In this document: positions 18,465 through 27,953 of the stretch, piece after piece
Layout of the letters: every line of letters begins with the position of its first letter
How positions within the stretch are numbered: position 1 is the first letter of the stretch
DNA from: Chitinophagales bacterium
GTDB lineage: Bacteria > Bacteroidota > Bacteroidia > Chitinophagales > JADIYW01
DNA length: 64,000 nucleotides
Direction: 5' to 3'
Assembly: GCA_020636545.1 (NCBI GenBank)
Contig: JACJXS010000011.1
Span: forward strand, 1,916-65,915
Program-made: the position numbers and the translations under genes
Notes under the pieces: model-generated
Told to the model about the DNA's origin: nothing
The model's database searches: none
Seen by the model: only the letters and a program-made list of their open reading frames with translations

Positions 18465-20504
18465 ATGCAACAACAACAATTACCTTGGTTAAAACTATTA
18501 TTGCCTTTGCTTTTGGGAATTGTTTGTAGTAAATGGATAGCTGTAGAAATTCATTGGGCATTTTTGTTAGTATTACTTTCCTTTTATTTTTTGTCTAATT
18601 ATTTTTATAGAAAATACAATAAAAGTTGGCTATATATTTTAAGTTTTATTAGTCTAATAATTTTTGGATTGGCTTATACTCAAAGATTTCAATTAGCATT
18701 TCAAAAGCATCATTTTTCAAAATTTGAAGGAGATTATGCAATTGGCATTGTTCGTGAACCTATTGAAAACAAGACTAATTCTTATCAAACTACCATAGAA
18801 ATTAAAAATATTATTCAAGAGCATAAAATTTTCCATACCAAAGGAAAATTATTGTTATATATTCAAAAAGATAGCCTCAAAAATCCTTTAGAAATTGGAG
18901 ATGAAATCTTATTGCACTTAAAAAGTAATGAAATAGAAGCTCCAAAAAATTTGAAACAATTTGACTACAAAACCTACTTATCTTATAATGATATTTACCA
19001 TCAAGCATATATTAAAAATTTTGAATACAAAATATTGGCTAAACATCAAAGGTATTTTATCAAAAGAAAGAGTGACGAAATTTCTAAATATGCACAAAGT
19101 TTGCTACAAAAATACATTCCAAACAAGGAGAATTTTAATATTGCAGATGGCATTTTCTTAGGTCATAAATCAGAAATGGATATTGAACAATATAACACGT
19201 TTGCCTATCTAGGCATTGTACATATTCTTTCTGTCTCTGGGCTACACGTTGGAATTATATATTTGCTCATAAGCTTTTTTTTAAGTTTCATTCCTAATAA
19301 AAATAAAACTATTTATATCCTTAAATTTTTAACTGCATTTTTATTGATTTGGCTTTTTGCATTTGTAGTCGGCTTATCTCCCGCTGTTGTACGCTCTGCT
19401 TTATTGTTTAGTATTCTACATTTTGGAAGAATATTGAAAGAAGATACAATACCATTAAACATTTTATTAGGTGCTGCATTTGTACAATTATTGATTAACC
19501 CACTGGTACTTTACAATATAGGTTTTCAATTATCGTATTTAGCAATGTTGGGTTTGTATTTGTTTTATAAACCTATCTATAACTTACTATATTCAGAAAA
19601 TAAATTCATCAATTGGTTCGCACAATTATGTTCAGCGAGTATTGCTGCACAAATATTTACACTGCCATTTGCCATCTATTATTTTGGTAATTTTCCGACT
19701 TATTTTCTTATAGCAAATATTTTCGCCATACCACTTTCAACATTAATTTTATGGTTTTGTGTCGCACTTCTTCCACTACAATTTATTCCTTTATTGGCAA
19801 AATTAACAGGACAACTAATTTCTTATTTAATAGATGTCTTTATCTATCTTTCAAAGCTTTTGTTATTGTTACCTTATGCAAAAATTAGTACTTTATTTAT
19901 AAATGAATGGCAATTAATTTTATGCTGTTTAGCAATTGCTATTTTTACAATTTATATATTCTCTCAAAAAATTAAATATGCTTTGTATGCATTAAGTATT
20001 GTTGTGCTTATTATCATTTCTGCTTATTATTTTCAATACCAAAACTACAAACAAGATAAATTGGTTTTCTATGCTGTCAATAAGAACTTAGTTTATGGGT
20101 TTCATCAAAAATCGAATGTAACTATATATTCTAAAGACACTTTAAGCCTAAAGGATTTTAATTTTAATGTCAGTAATACATGTAGATATTTTAGAAATCA
20201 AACGATAAACAACAATTTAATTGTTCAAGATTTACAACTTATAAAAAGCAAATCTATTTATTTTTTGCATCAGAATAATATTCAAAAAAGTTATCAAGCA
20301 CCATTATCTATTGATATTTTAGTATTGACAGATAATATCTATTTAGATATAGAAAAATTAGTACAAAATTATCGCTTCAAACAACTTATACTTTCTTCAG
20401 ATTTAGATTATAAACATCAGAAAATCTATACCAAGTTATTGAATGAAGCAGGTATTTCTTTTACTGATTTAAAGCAACAAGCATACATTGATTATAACAT
20501 ATAA
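18465..20504 (+). CDS. comEC: ComEC/Rec2-family DNA internalisation membrane protein
   Basis: Polytopic membrane protein, 679 aa, with the competence-domain motif FAYLGIVHILSVSGLHVGI. Confidence 0.75.
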   Translation: MQQQQLPWLKLLLPLLLGIVCSKWIAVEIHWAFLLVLLSFYFLSNYFYRKYNKSWLYILSFISLIIFGLAYTQRFQLAFQKHHFSKFEGDYAIGIVREPIENKTNSYQTTIEIKNIIQEHKIFHTKGKLLLYIQKDSLKNPLEIGDEILLHLKSNEIEAPKNLKQFDYKTYLSYNDIYHQAYIKNFEYKILAKHQRYFIKRKSDEISKYAQSLLQKYIPNKENFNIADGIFLGHKSEMDIEQYNTFAYLGIVHILSVSGLHVGIIYLLISFFLSFIPNKNKTIYILKFLTAFLLIWLFAFVVGLSPAVVRSALLFSILHFGRILKEDTIPLNILLGAAFVQLLINPLVLYNIGFQLSYLAMLGLYLFYKPIYNLLYSENKFINWFAQLCSASIAAQIFTLPFAIYYFGNFPTYFLIANIFAIPLSTLILWFCVALLPLQFIPLLAKLTGQLISYLIDVFIYLSKLLLLLPYAKISTLFINEWQLILCCLAIAIFTIYIFSQKIKYALYALSIVVLIIISAYYFQYQNYKQDKLVFYAVNKNLVYGFHQKSNVTIYSKDTLSLKDFNFNVSNTCRYFRNQTINNNLIVQDLQLIKSKSIYFLHQNNIQKSYQAPLSIDILVLTDNIYLDIEKLVQNYRFKQLILSSDLDYKHQKIYTKLLNEAGISFTDLKQQAYIDYNI

Positions 20505-20564
20505 AATGAAATTTATTTTTATATACATTCAAAGATTAATATCTTCGTCTAAAATTATTCTATA

Positions 20565-21323
20565 ATGGAATTTATCAAAATTAATAAGAAAGAAAATTAT
20601 GCTATCCTCCAAATGGATAGAGGCAAATCCAATCCCATAAACCAGCAATTTGTCGATGAATTTATTGAGGCTTTAAATCAATTAATGGCAGATAATGAAG
20701 TTTTGGGTGTCGTTGTTGCTGGAAAAGAAAATTTCTTTTCGGCAGGTTTAGATATTCCAGAATTATATAGTTATGATGAAGCACAATTCGATGTATTTTG
20801 GAAAAAATTCTTACAAATGATTTTGCAACTATCGAAATTTAATAAACCAATGGTTGCGGCTATTACTGGACATGCACCTGCTGGTGGTTGTATCATTGCC
20901 AATGGTTGTGATTATAGAGTTATGGCAGATGGAAACTATAAGATTGGATTGAATGAGATTCCAGTTGGAATTGTGGTTCCAAAAGGTGTGTATGCACAAT
21001 ACAGCATGTGGATTGGCACACGTAATGCTTATCAGTATTTAATGGAAGGTAAATTATACGCACCCAAACACGCTCAAGAAATTGGTTTAATAGATGAAGT
21101 AGTTCCTTTAGAAAATGTATTAGAAAGAGCAGAAACAAAATTGAAACAATATTTACAATATGAACAATCTGGTTGGAGATTGACAAAAACGCAACTTAGA
21201 CAATCTGTTGTAGATACAATGGAAAGCTTAACAGATAAGGAAATGGTAATGTTTCAAAAACAATGGTGGAGCGAATCTGTACGTGCTATTTTAGGTGCGT
21301 TTATTGACAAATTAAAGAAGTAA
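20565..21323 (+). CDS. enoyl-CoA hydratase/isomerase (crotonase) family protein
   Basis: Crotonase fold signatures FFSAGLDI and ITGHAPAGGC, 252 aa. Confidence 0.75.
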   Translation: MEFIKINKKENYAILQMDRGKSNPINQQFVDEFIEALNQLMADNEVLGVVVAGKENFFSAGLDIPELYSYDEAQFDVFWKKFLQMILQLSKFNKPMVAAITGHAPAGGCIIANGCDYRVMADGNYKIGLNEIPVGIVVPKGVYAQYSMWIGTRNAYQYLMEGKLYAPKHAQEIGLIDEVVPLENVLERAETKLKQYLQYEQSGWRLTKTQLRQSVVDTMESLTDKEMVMFQKQWWSESVRAILGAFIDKLKK

Positions 21324-22097
21324 TTATAATACAGCTGCAATTTTTTGTAATTTAGAAAGTAAATTTTCTACTTTATTAAGAGCTATCATATTGGAACCAT
21401 CACTTAATGCATTACTTGGATTAGGGTGCGTTTCTAAGAATAAGCCATCAGCTCCAGCAACAATGCCACATTTTGCTATAAGCTCAATAAATTCAGGTGT
21501 GCCGAGTGTTTTACCTTCAGTCGAATTGGGTTGTTGAATACTATGTGTTATGTCAATAATTGCTTTACAATGATTAGTTTTTAAAAGAGGAATATTCCTA
21601 AAATCAACCACTAAATCTTGATATCCAAATGAATTTCCACGTTCAGTCAGCCAAATATTATCATTACCTACACTGCGAACTTTATCTGCCGCAAATTGCA
21701 TTTGGATTGCATTTGCAAATTGTCCTTTTTTTATATTGATGATTTTTTCAGTTTTAGCAGCTGCTAATATTAAATCCGTTTGCCGACATAAGAAGGCTGG
21801 TATTTGTATTACATCAACAATATCTTTTACTTTTTCAATATCAGAAGATTCATGCACATCGGTCAATATTTGAACTTGATACTTTGATTTAATATCTGCT
21901 AAAATCTGTAATGCTTTAGTTTCTCCTATGGTTGAAAACGAATGAATAGAGGTTCTATTGGCTTTTTTAAAAGAAGCTTTAAAATAAAAAGGAATATTTA
22001 ATTTTTGAGTAATAGAAACCAATGTTTCTGCAACTTCAAAACCGATTTCTTGATTTTCAACCACACAAGGTCCAGCTATAAGAAAAAAATTACTCAA
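21324..22097 (-). CDS. kdsA: 3-deoxy-8-phosphooctulonate synthase
   Basis: FFLIAGPCVVEN N-terminus, KASFKKANRTS, DITHSIQ and LFLETHPNP motifs. Apparent TTG start. Confidence 0.85.
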   Translation of the reverse strand: MSNFFLIAGPCVVENQEIGFEVAETLVSITQKLNIPFYFKASFKKANRTSIHSFSTIGETKALQILADIKSKYQVQILTDVHESSDIEKVKDIVDVIQIPAFLCRQTDLILAAAKTEKIINIKKGQFANAIQMQFAADKVRSVGNDNIWLTERGNSFGYQDLVVDFRNIPLLKTNHCKAIIDITHSIQQPNSTEGKTLGTPEFIELIAKCGIVAGADGLFLETHPNPSNALSDGSNMIALNKVENLLSKLQKIAAVL

Positions 22098-22166
22098 CTT
22101 AAAAATTGTTATAAAAACAAACTTAGTATAATTTTAGAAAATAAGAAAGAAATGAAATAGAATTAC

Positions 22167-23057
22167 TTATAATAAACCTAAATCACTCAATTTTGATTTA
22201 ATTCTATTGCTTAAATCTTCATTTACTGGCATCAATGGTAATCTAACAGTTTCGCTACAAATTCCTAAATGATGTAATGCACATTTTACACCACCAGGAT
22301 TGCCTTGCTCAAATAACATATTCACTAAATCATCTAAAGCAAAAACTGTTTGTCTCGCATCAGCATAATTACCATCAAGTGCTTGATGTACCATTTCAGA
22401 AAATATTTTTGGAGTAGCATTAGCAATCACAGAGATAACGCCATCATAACCTAAAGAAATCTGAGGAATAATAATATCATCATTTCCAGAAATTAAATAA
22501 AATCCATCAGGTTTATGGTGTGCCAATTCTATAATTTGAGACCAATCAGAAGTTGCCTCTTTTATGGCAATAATATTTTTAAAATTTTCTGCCAATTTAA
22601 GCGTCGTAGAAGCCTTAATATTGCTCGATGTTCTTCCGGGAACATTGTATAAAATCACAGGCAATTCTGTACTTAATGCAATTGTTTTATAATGTTCATA
22701 CAGACCATCTTGAGTTGGTTTATTGTAATACGGAGAAACTGAAAGAATTGCATCAACACCTGATAAGTCAAACTTATTCAAATCAGCAACAATTTTTTGG
22801 GTATAGTTCCCTCCAAATCCAGCAATTACTGGCACTTTTCCAGCTACGTTATTGACTGTTGCTCTAATCATGTCTTGTCTCTCCTCATCGGACATAGTAG
22901 CCACTTCTCCTGTTGTACCTAATACAACAACATAATCGACATGATTTGCAATAACATGCTTACAAAGCTGTTCATATTGATTAAAATCTATCTCACCTTG
23001 TTCATTAAATGGAGTAACTAAAGCTACACCAACACCACGAAGATTAATACTACTCAT
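22167..23057 (-). CDS. dapA: 4-hydroxy-tetrahydrodipicolinate synthase
   Basis: GVGVALVTPF, GTTGE and IKEATSD (Schiff-base Lys) motifs, 296 aa. Confidence 0.9.
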   Translation of the reverse strand: MSSINLRGVGVALVTPFNEQGEIDFNQYEQLCKHVIANHVDYVVVLGTTGEVATMSDEERQDMIRATVNNVAGKVPVIAGFGGNYTQKIVADLNKFDLSGVDAILSVSPYYNKPTQDGLYEHYKTIALSTELPVILYNVPGRTSSNIKASTTLKLAENFKNIIAIKEATSDWSQIIELAHHKPDGFYLISGNDDIIIPQISLGYDGVISVIANATPKIFSEMVHQALDGNYADARQTVFALDDLVNMLFEQGNPGGVKCALHHLGICSETVRLPLMPVNEDLSNRIKSKLSDLGLL

Positions 23058-23298
23058 AAATTGTTTTAAAATGAAGCCCTAATTTCTAAAATTTATTTGA
23101 ATTATCTAAATTTAATTCATTAAATCCATAATAAATATTTTTTTTTAAATGTATTGATTCGTTTAATAAATGCTTGTTCAGGATATTTTATCAATTGATA
23201 TTGTTGAAGTTTGATAGTTTTTAAGTAATATAAAACGTAGTATTGAGAAAAAATATCAAAAAAAATAATACTGAATGTTGTTTTATAAGAAAAAGATA

Positions 23299-23306
23299 TT
23301 ATCTTT
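23299..23306 (+). promoter_or_regulatory. TAnnTTTG -7 box (tatctttg) upstream of tRNA-Asp
   Basis: Exact consensus match, 46 nt upstream of the tRNA 5' end. Confidence 0.4.
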
Positions 23307-23351
23307 GCATTCGCTTTTGGAGTTATTGTTTCAATAGTTTCAGAAACGGAA

Positions 23352-23425
23352 GGTTCGGTAGTTCAGTTGGTTAGAATACATGCCTGTCACGCATGGGGTC
23401 GCGGGTTCGAGTCCCGTCCGGACCG
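23352..23425 (+). tRNA. tRNA-Asp (anticodon GTC)
   Basis: Folded by hand. Acceptor ggttcgg/ccggacc with one G-U pair, D-arm agttcagttggttagaat, anticodon loop ctGTCac, T-arm ggttcgagtcc, discriminator G. CCA is not encoded. Confidence 0.9.
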
Positions 23426-23426
23426 C

Positions 23427-23461
23427 AAAAAAAGTCCTCAAATTTTTGAGGACTTTTTTTA
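23427..23461. terminator. bidirectional rho-independent terminator
   Basis: A-run, then gtcctcaaa-tt-tttgaggac, then a T-run immediately after the tRNA. Confidence 0.8.
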
Positions 23462-23491
23462 TTTTTCTATATTACTTCAATTACTCTATTT

Positions 23492-23755
23492 ATGTATTAT
23501 GTTTATATTTTAGAAAGTTTAGTAGATGGGGATTTTTACAAAGGCTATACTTCTGACTATATCAAAAGACTTAAACAGCATAACGACGGAAATTCAAAGT
23601 TTACTAAATCAAAAATGCCATGGAAGCTTGTTTTTGTTCAATTATTTCAAACTAAAACAGAAGCGTTAATTCATGAGAAAAAGTTAAAAAGAAGTAACAA
23701 AAATTATTTAATTTGGTTGATTAATCAACCTTGTAATATTCTAAATAATTTATAA
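23492..23755 (+). CDS. GIY-YIG nuclease-family protein (small, stand-alone)
   Basis: 87 aa. YVYIL...FYKGYT (GIY/YIG), RLKQHN and EKKLK motifs are typical of the short GIY-YIG family. Confidence 0.8.
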   Translation: MYYVYILESLVDGDFYKGYTSDYIKRLKQHNDGNSKFTKSKMPWKLVFVQLFQTKTEALIHEKKLKRSNKNYLIWLINQPCNILNNL

Positions 23756-23767
23756 TTCTTATTAGTT

Positions 23768-23821
23768 TACATGCCTGTCATCTCGCCTAAGGCGAGACGG
23801 ATTCGAGTCCCGTCCGGACCG
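23768..23821 (+). pseudogene. partial tRNA-Asp copy (anticodon-stem/loop fragment plus T-arm and 3' acceptor strand)
   Basis: tacatgcctgtca matches 23377-23389. ttcgagtcccgtccggaccg matches 23406-23425. The intervening 17 nt are replaced by a 21-nt stretch, most of which forms a hairpin (tctcgcc-taa-ggcgaga). There is no 5' acceptor or D-arm. Confidence 0.85.
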
Positions 23822-23822
23822 C

Positions 23823-23856
23823 AAAAAAAGTCCTCAAATTTTTGAGGACTTTTTTT
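23823..23856. terminator. second, identical copy of the tRNA terminator hairpin
   Basis: A 59-bp block (23802-23860) is identical to 23406-23464 and includes this hairpin. Confidence 0.8.
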
Positions 23857-23915
23857 ATTTAAATTACTCTATGGAATTCCTACTAAATTTGAGCCTAAAA
23901 ATGTCCATTAAGACT

Positions 23916-24347
23916 TTATTGCTGTTCTGTCAAAATCTCTACCGTCCTTCTGTCATACTTCCCTTTAAAAAATTTCGCTAGTACTTTTTCAAACACATTA
24001 TCTAGATTTTCTTCATCTGCAATGGCAAATAAAGTCATGCTGGAATGCAGTTTCATATCATCTGGATTGTCAAAAATCAAAGTGGCATCATCGGTATCTT
24101 GCATAAGCAACACATTAGATATTTCTCTCAACCGCTTACCTAAAATTCCATGTTGTAAATATGCTTTCGCTTCTTCAAGATTTTTTATAGCATAAAACTT
24201 TGAGACTTCACTAAAACCCAATCCAGAAATCTGAGGAAAGATAAACCACATCCAATGGCTAGTTTTATAACCTGCCTGCATTTCAGCTAAAGCAATGGCA
24301 TATTGTTTTTCCTGAGCTTCTATGTATCGGTTTAAATTAAAATTCAT
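23916..24347 (-). CDS. DUF1810-family protein
   Basis: NLNRYIEAQ...HWMWFIFPQISGLGFS motif characteristic of DUF1810, 143 aa. Confidence 0.7.
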   Translation of the reverse strand: MNFNLNRYIEAQEKQYAIALAEMQAGYKTSHWMWFIFPQISGLGFSEVSKFYAIKNLEEAKAYLQHGILGKRLREISNVLLMQDTDDATLIFDNPDDMKLHSSMTLFAIADEENLDNVFEKVLAKFFKGKYDRRTVEILTEQQ

Positions 24348-24481
24348 GGCTACTCATACTTATTCTAAAAAATAAATAGCTATTACGGAATATTATCAAT
24401 GGAATTCCAACTAAATTCGGGATTAAACTTTTCGGACAGCCTCTTTTTATTATTTTTCTATGTTGCATTTAGAAAACTCTG

Positions 24482-25354
24482 TTATTGTAAAAATGTTTTC
24501 AGTTCTAATGCACATTTATTTTTTCTCATTTTACGGATGGCTTTGTCTTTAATTTGTCGCACTCGCTCTCTCGTTAAATCCATTTTTTCACCAATTTCAT
24601 CTAAGCTATATGTCTGTCCATATTCATTCATACCAAAATAATATTTTATCACTTCTTGCTCTCTATCAGATAGGATTTGGAATGAGTGTTTTATCTCTGT
24701 ATCCAAAGAGTTTCTAATTAAATTATTATCAGGTTGCTCAAATGTATCACCTACCATTGTATCCAAAACTGTGGTATCATCATCTTCTCCAATCGTAACA
24801 TCAACGGAAGAATGAAAAGCCAAAGAACGTCGAAGAATAATTAACTCATCTGCTCTCATATCTAATAATTCAGCCAATTCATCATTTGAAGGTTCTCTTT
24901 GGTTTTTTTGTTCAAAATCTTGGATTACATTCATAATTCTATTGTACACAATCGCTTTATTCATTGGTAAGCGTACAATTCTAGGTTGCTCTATTAATGC
25001 TTGCAAAATAGACTGACGAATCCACCAAACAGCATAAGAAATAAACTTAAATCCTTTGGTTTCATCAAACTTTGAAGCTGCTTTAATCAACCCAATATTG
25101 CCTTCATTAATTAAATCATTTAAAGACATTCCTTGATTTTGATATTGTTTAGCAACTGATACCACAAAGCGTAAATTGGCTGTAATAATTTTATTGACAG
25201 CTTCTGTACTTCCCTTTTTTACCATTTGTGCTAACTCAATTTCCTCATTGTCCGACAATAAAGGTAATTTTGAAATTTCAGACAAGTATCTATCAATTGA
25301 ATAACTGTCTCTAGTAGTAATTTTAGATGTAATTTTTAAGTGTTTCATAGGCAA
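24482..25354 (-). CDS. rpoD: RNA polymerase primary sigma factor (sigma-70 family, Bacteroidota sigma-A type)
   Basis: Region 2 (NLRFVVSVAKQY, YAVWWIRQ), region 3 and region 4 (LDEIGEKMDLTRERVRQIKDKA). 290 aa, lacking the long region 1 as in Bacteroidota. Confidence 0.9.
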   Translation of the reverse strand: MPMKHLKITSKITTRDSYSIDRYLSEISKLPLLSDNEEIELAQMVKKGSTEAVNKIITANLRFVVSVAKQYQNQGMSLNDLINEGNIGLIKAASKFDETKGFKFISYAVWWIRQSILQALIEQPRIVRLPMNKAIVYNRIMNVIQDFEQKNQREPSNDELAELLDMRADELIILRRSLAFHSSVDVTIGEDDDTTVLDTMVGDTFEQPDNNLIRNSLDTEIKHSFQILSDREQEVIKYYFGMNEYGQTYSLDEIGEKMDLTRERVRQIKDKAIRKMRKNKCALELKTFLQ

Positions 25355-25430
25355 AGTTTTAGTTTAAAAAATATCTTTCCCTATTTATACGTAAATAATC
25401 TAAAAATGTTACAAAACTATTTATAAATTA

Positions 25431-26183
25431 TTAAGCAAGTCTTTTGCGTTTTAGAAAATATCTATTTTTAAGACTATCTATTTTCATAGAAATTACACCT
25501 AAGACGGCCTCTTTTATAATACTTCCTGACATTTTTGATGTTCCTAATTCTCTATCTTTAAATAGAATAGGTACTTCAATTATTGGTAAATTTTGTAACC
25601 ACACTGCAAATTTCATTTCAATTTGAAATGCATAACCAATAAAAACTATTTTATCTAAATCTATTTTTTGTAGTGTTTCATTTCTATAACAAACAAAGCC
25701 CGCAGTGGTATCTTTAACTTTCATTCCTGTAATGATACGTACATATTTTGAAGCAAATGAGGATAAAAATAACCTATCCCAAGACCAATTTTGAACGCCT
25801 CCGCCTTTTACATAACGAGAACCAACTGATAAGTAAGCACCTTTATTTTCACAAGCATCTAATAATTTTAATAAATCATCTGGATTGTGCGAAAAATCGG
25901 CATCCATTTCAAATATATATTTATATTCACTTCGTTCCAAAGCCCACTTAAAGCCAGTAATGTAAGCAGTTCCTAAACCTAATTTGCCTCTTCTTTCTAT
26001 AATGTGTACTCTTTGCGGATAAGTAAGCATTAAAGACTTAACCAAGTCGGCTGTTCCATCTGGCGAACCGTCTTCAATCACTAATATCTCAAATCTTTCT
26101 GAAAGATTTAGTGTGTAAGGAATTATCTTGGGGATATTTTCCTTTTCATTGTAAGTTGGTATAATAATCAGACAATCCCGCAA
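25431..26183 (-). CDS. polyprenol/dolichol-phosphate mannosyltransferase-like GT2 glycosyltransferase
   Basis: IIIPTYNEKENI, VIEDGSPDGT and MDADFSHNP motifs, 250 aa. Apparent TTG start. Confidence 0.8.
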   Translation of the reverse strand: MRDCLIIIPTYNEKENIPKIIPYTLNLSERFEILVIEDGSPDGTADLVKSLMLTYPQRVHIIERRGKLGLGTAYITGFKWALERSEYKYIFEMDADFSHNPDDLLKLLDACENKGAYLSVGSRYVKGGGVQNWSWDRLFLSSFASKYVRIITGMKVKDTTAGFVCYRNETLQKIDLDKIVFIGYAFQIEMKFAVWLQNLPIIEVPILFKDRELGTSKMSGSIIKEAVLGVISMKIDSLKNRYFLKRKRLA

Positions 26184-26252
26184 AGTGTAATTTTTAACAA
26201 AAATATGTTTTATATTACAATTAGAAAATTAAATTATGGATTTTTAAGCATA

Positions 26253-27914
26253 TTACTTTTCATAAAAAAGCGAATTGCTTTTTACAAAGTCATCATATTG
26301 CTTTTTATTTCGGATAATATCGTATTTATTTTTGGGTTTTATTTGCCATTGCCAATTAAAACCACTGAGTCTATAATTTGGTGGACTAATTTTTTTCATG
26401 GGTGTAAATGTTGCCTCTGGTGCATTTTTTAATTTCAATCGGTCAATTTCGCCATTTTTAAAATAAATCGCAATATTTCCTGACGTAGATTGGTTACCTC
26501 CAATATATCCTTTATTATCATCTTTTATAAAATATATACTCTCTGAACTACCATCTACATCCATCAAAACAATTTTATTATCCCTAATAAAAATATTAAT
26601 TATTTTACCTTTAATTTGATTGAATATTTCATTTTCTACCCAATGAATAATAAATGCATTTCCAAAAACGGAAATATGACTTATTTTATCGTTCTCTGAA
26701 TAAATATAAATAGAATCACCGCTTAACTGCAATGAATCTATCCATAAAATCGGGTTATAGTATAACTTAAAAACATCATTCAGTTGTGTATAATATAAGG
26801 AATCACAAACGGCGGATAAATTTCTACGAAACATTTTTGTATGATGATAGGCATGCATTATTTTGAGAGAATCAATTTGTATAGTACTATCTTCATCAAA
26901 TGTTTGATGTGCAATTTTATAAGAAATCAAAGTATCAGCACTCATAAACATTGTATCTTGCTTTTGAATGGTATCTTCTTTATTTACTGAAACATTGATT
27001 AATAGAGGATCTTTTGTTGCACGTACATATTGAGTTTTATCAATATATAAAGAATGCCCGCTCAGAATAGTAACATTTTCTGAGGTATCTTGAAATGAAA
27101 CATTACCTTGTGCAATAGCATTCTTTGTTTTATTGTCATAATTAATAGTATCCCCTTTTATAATGCTATTATCCTTAGTGATCGCTGTATTTTTATCAAA
27201 AGTAGCTTTCTCCGTTTTGGTATCAAAACTTCCTTTATCTGTATAAATTATATTTCCGTCTTTGTTGGTAATTTTTGTTTTTGCAATAAAATAAACAATT
27301 TCATCATTGATATTATATCGCATAGAATCTGACACGATAGTTGTTTCTTTTGTATTTAGTACAACATTTTTATAAAAAACAGCTTCTCCATTTTGATGAT
27401 AATAATAAGCAATTTGTGAAGTTAGAATCGTCTCATCTTTGACCATTCTTCCGCCAGTATTATAATAGCCAATATCAGAAGCAGTATTATAATAAATCTC
27501 AGGTGCTGTCAAAACCATTTTCTTATCTTTCATAATGGCATTTCCAGTTAAACGAGCTTGCTTTTGGTCGCCAAAATATTCTAAAAAATTACCCCAAATA
27601 TCAATAGAATCGCCATTTTTTAGGTGTAATGGATTACCGTAAGCTGTTAAATAATTAGCTGTAATATCTAAAATAGCACTATCACACCACATATAAGCAC
27701 TGCTATCTTTTAATTGTACATTTCCAATTAGTTTTCGATACTCTCCCCATTCCCAATTTTCATAAATTAAAGAATCTGTTTTTTGAATTTGAATCTTCTT
27801 TTCAGGAGCTTTAGTTTCAATAAATGGTGGAAATAATTTTGACTTATCTATTGTTTGAGCTATGCTTTTGCCAAAACATACAATACAAAATAAAACAAGA
27901 TATATTCTGTTCAT
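26253..27914 (-). CDS. OstA/LptA-like domain protein (periplasmic, LPS-transport related)
   Basis: Signal peptide plus repeated beta-jellyroll-like segments (GNVQLKDSS...CDSAILD, LTGNAIMKDK), as in Bacteroidota OstA-like proteins. Assignment is by resemblance only. Confidence 0.5.
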   Translation of the reverse strand: MNRIYLVLFCIVCFGKSIAQTIDKSKLFPPFIETKAPEKKIQIQKTDSLIYENWEWGEYRKLIGNVQLKDSSAYMWCDSAILDITANYLTAYGNPLHLKNGDSIDIWGNFLEYFGDQKQARLTGNAIMKDKKMVLTAPEIYYNTASDIGYYNTGGRMVKDETILTSQIAYYYHQNGEAVFYKNVVLNTKETTIVSDSMRYNINDEIVYFIAKTKITNKDGNIIYTDKGSFDTKTEKATFDKNTAITKDNSIIKGDTINYDNKTKNAIAQGNVSFQDTSENVTILSGHSLYIDKTQYVRATKDPLLINVSVNKEDTIQKQDTMFMSADTLISYKIAHQTFDEDSTIQIDSLKIMHAYHHTKMFRRNLSAVCDSLYYTQLNDVFKLYYNPILWIDSLQLSGDSIYIYSENDKISHISVFGNAFIIHWVENEIFNQIKGKIINIFIRDNKIVLMDVDGSSESIYFIKDDNKGYIGGNQSTSGNIAIYFKNGEIDRLKLKNAPEATFTPMKKISPPNYRLSGFNWQWQIKPKNKYDIIRNKKQYDDFVKSNSLFYEK

Positions 27915-27953
27915 TTGGGCAAATTCAGCGATTCAATCAATATCGAAAAATCA

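Noticed and set aside
23768-23821. A second functional tRNA gene
   Set aside because: It lacks the 5' acceptor strand and D-arm, and the 3' strand of the anticodon stem is replaced by an unrelated hairpin. It is a remnant or attachment-site copy only.
24399-24641. 80-aa + strand ORF, and similar small ORFs at 26205..26432, 36325..36537, 45354..45596 and 52753..52956
   Set aside because: Each largely overlaps a well-supported gene on the opposite strand or spans a gene boundary, and each has a hydrophobic low-complexity composition typical of AT-rich noise.
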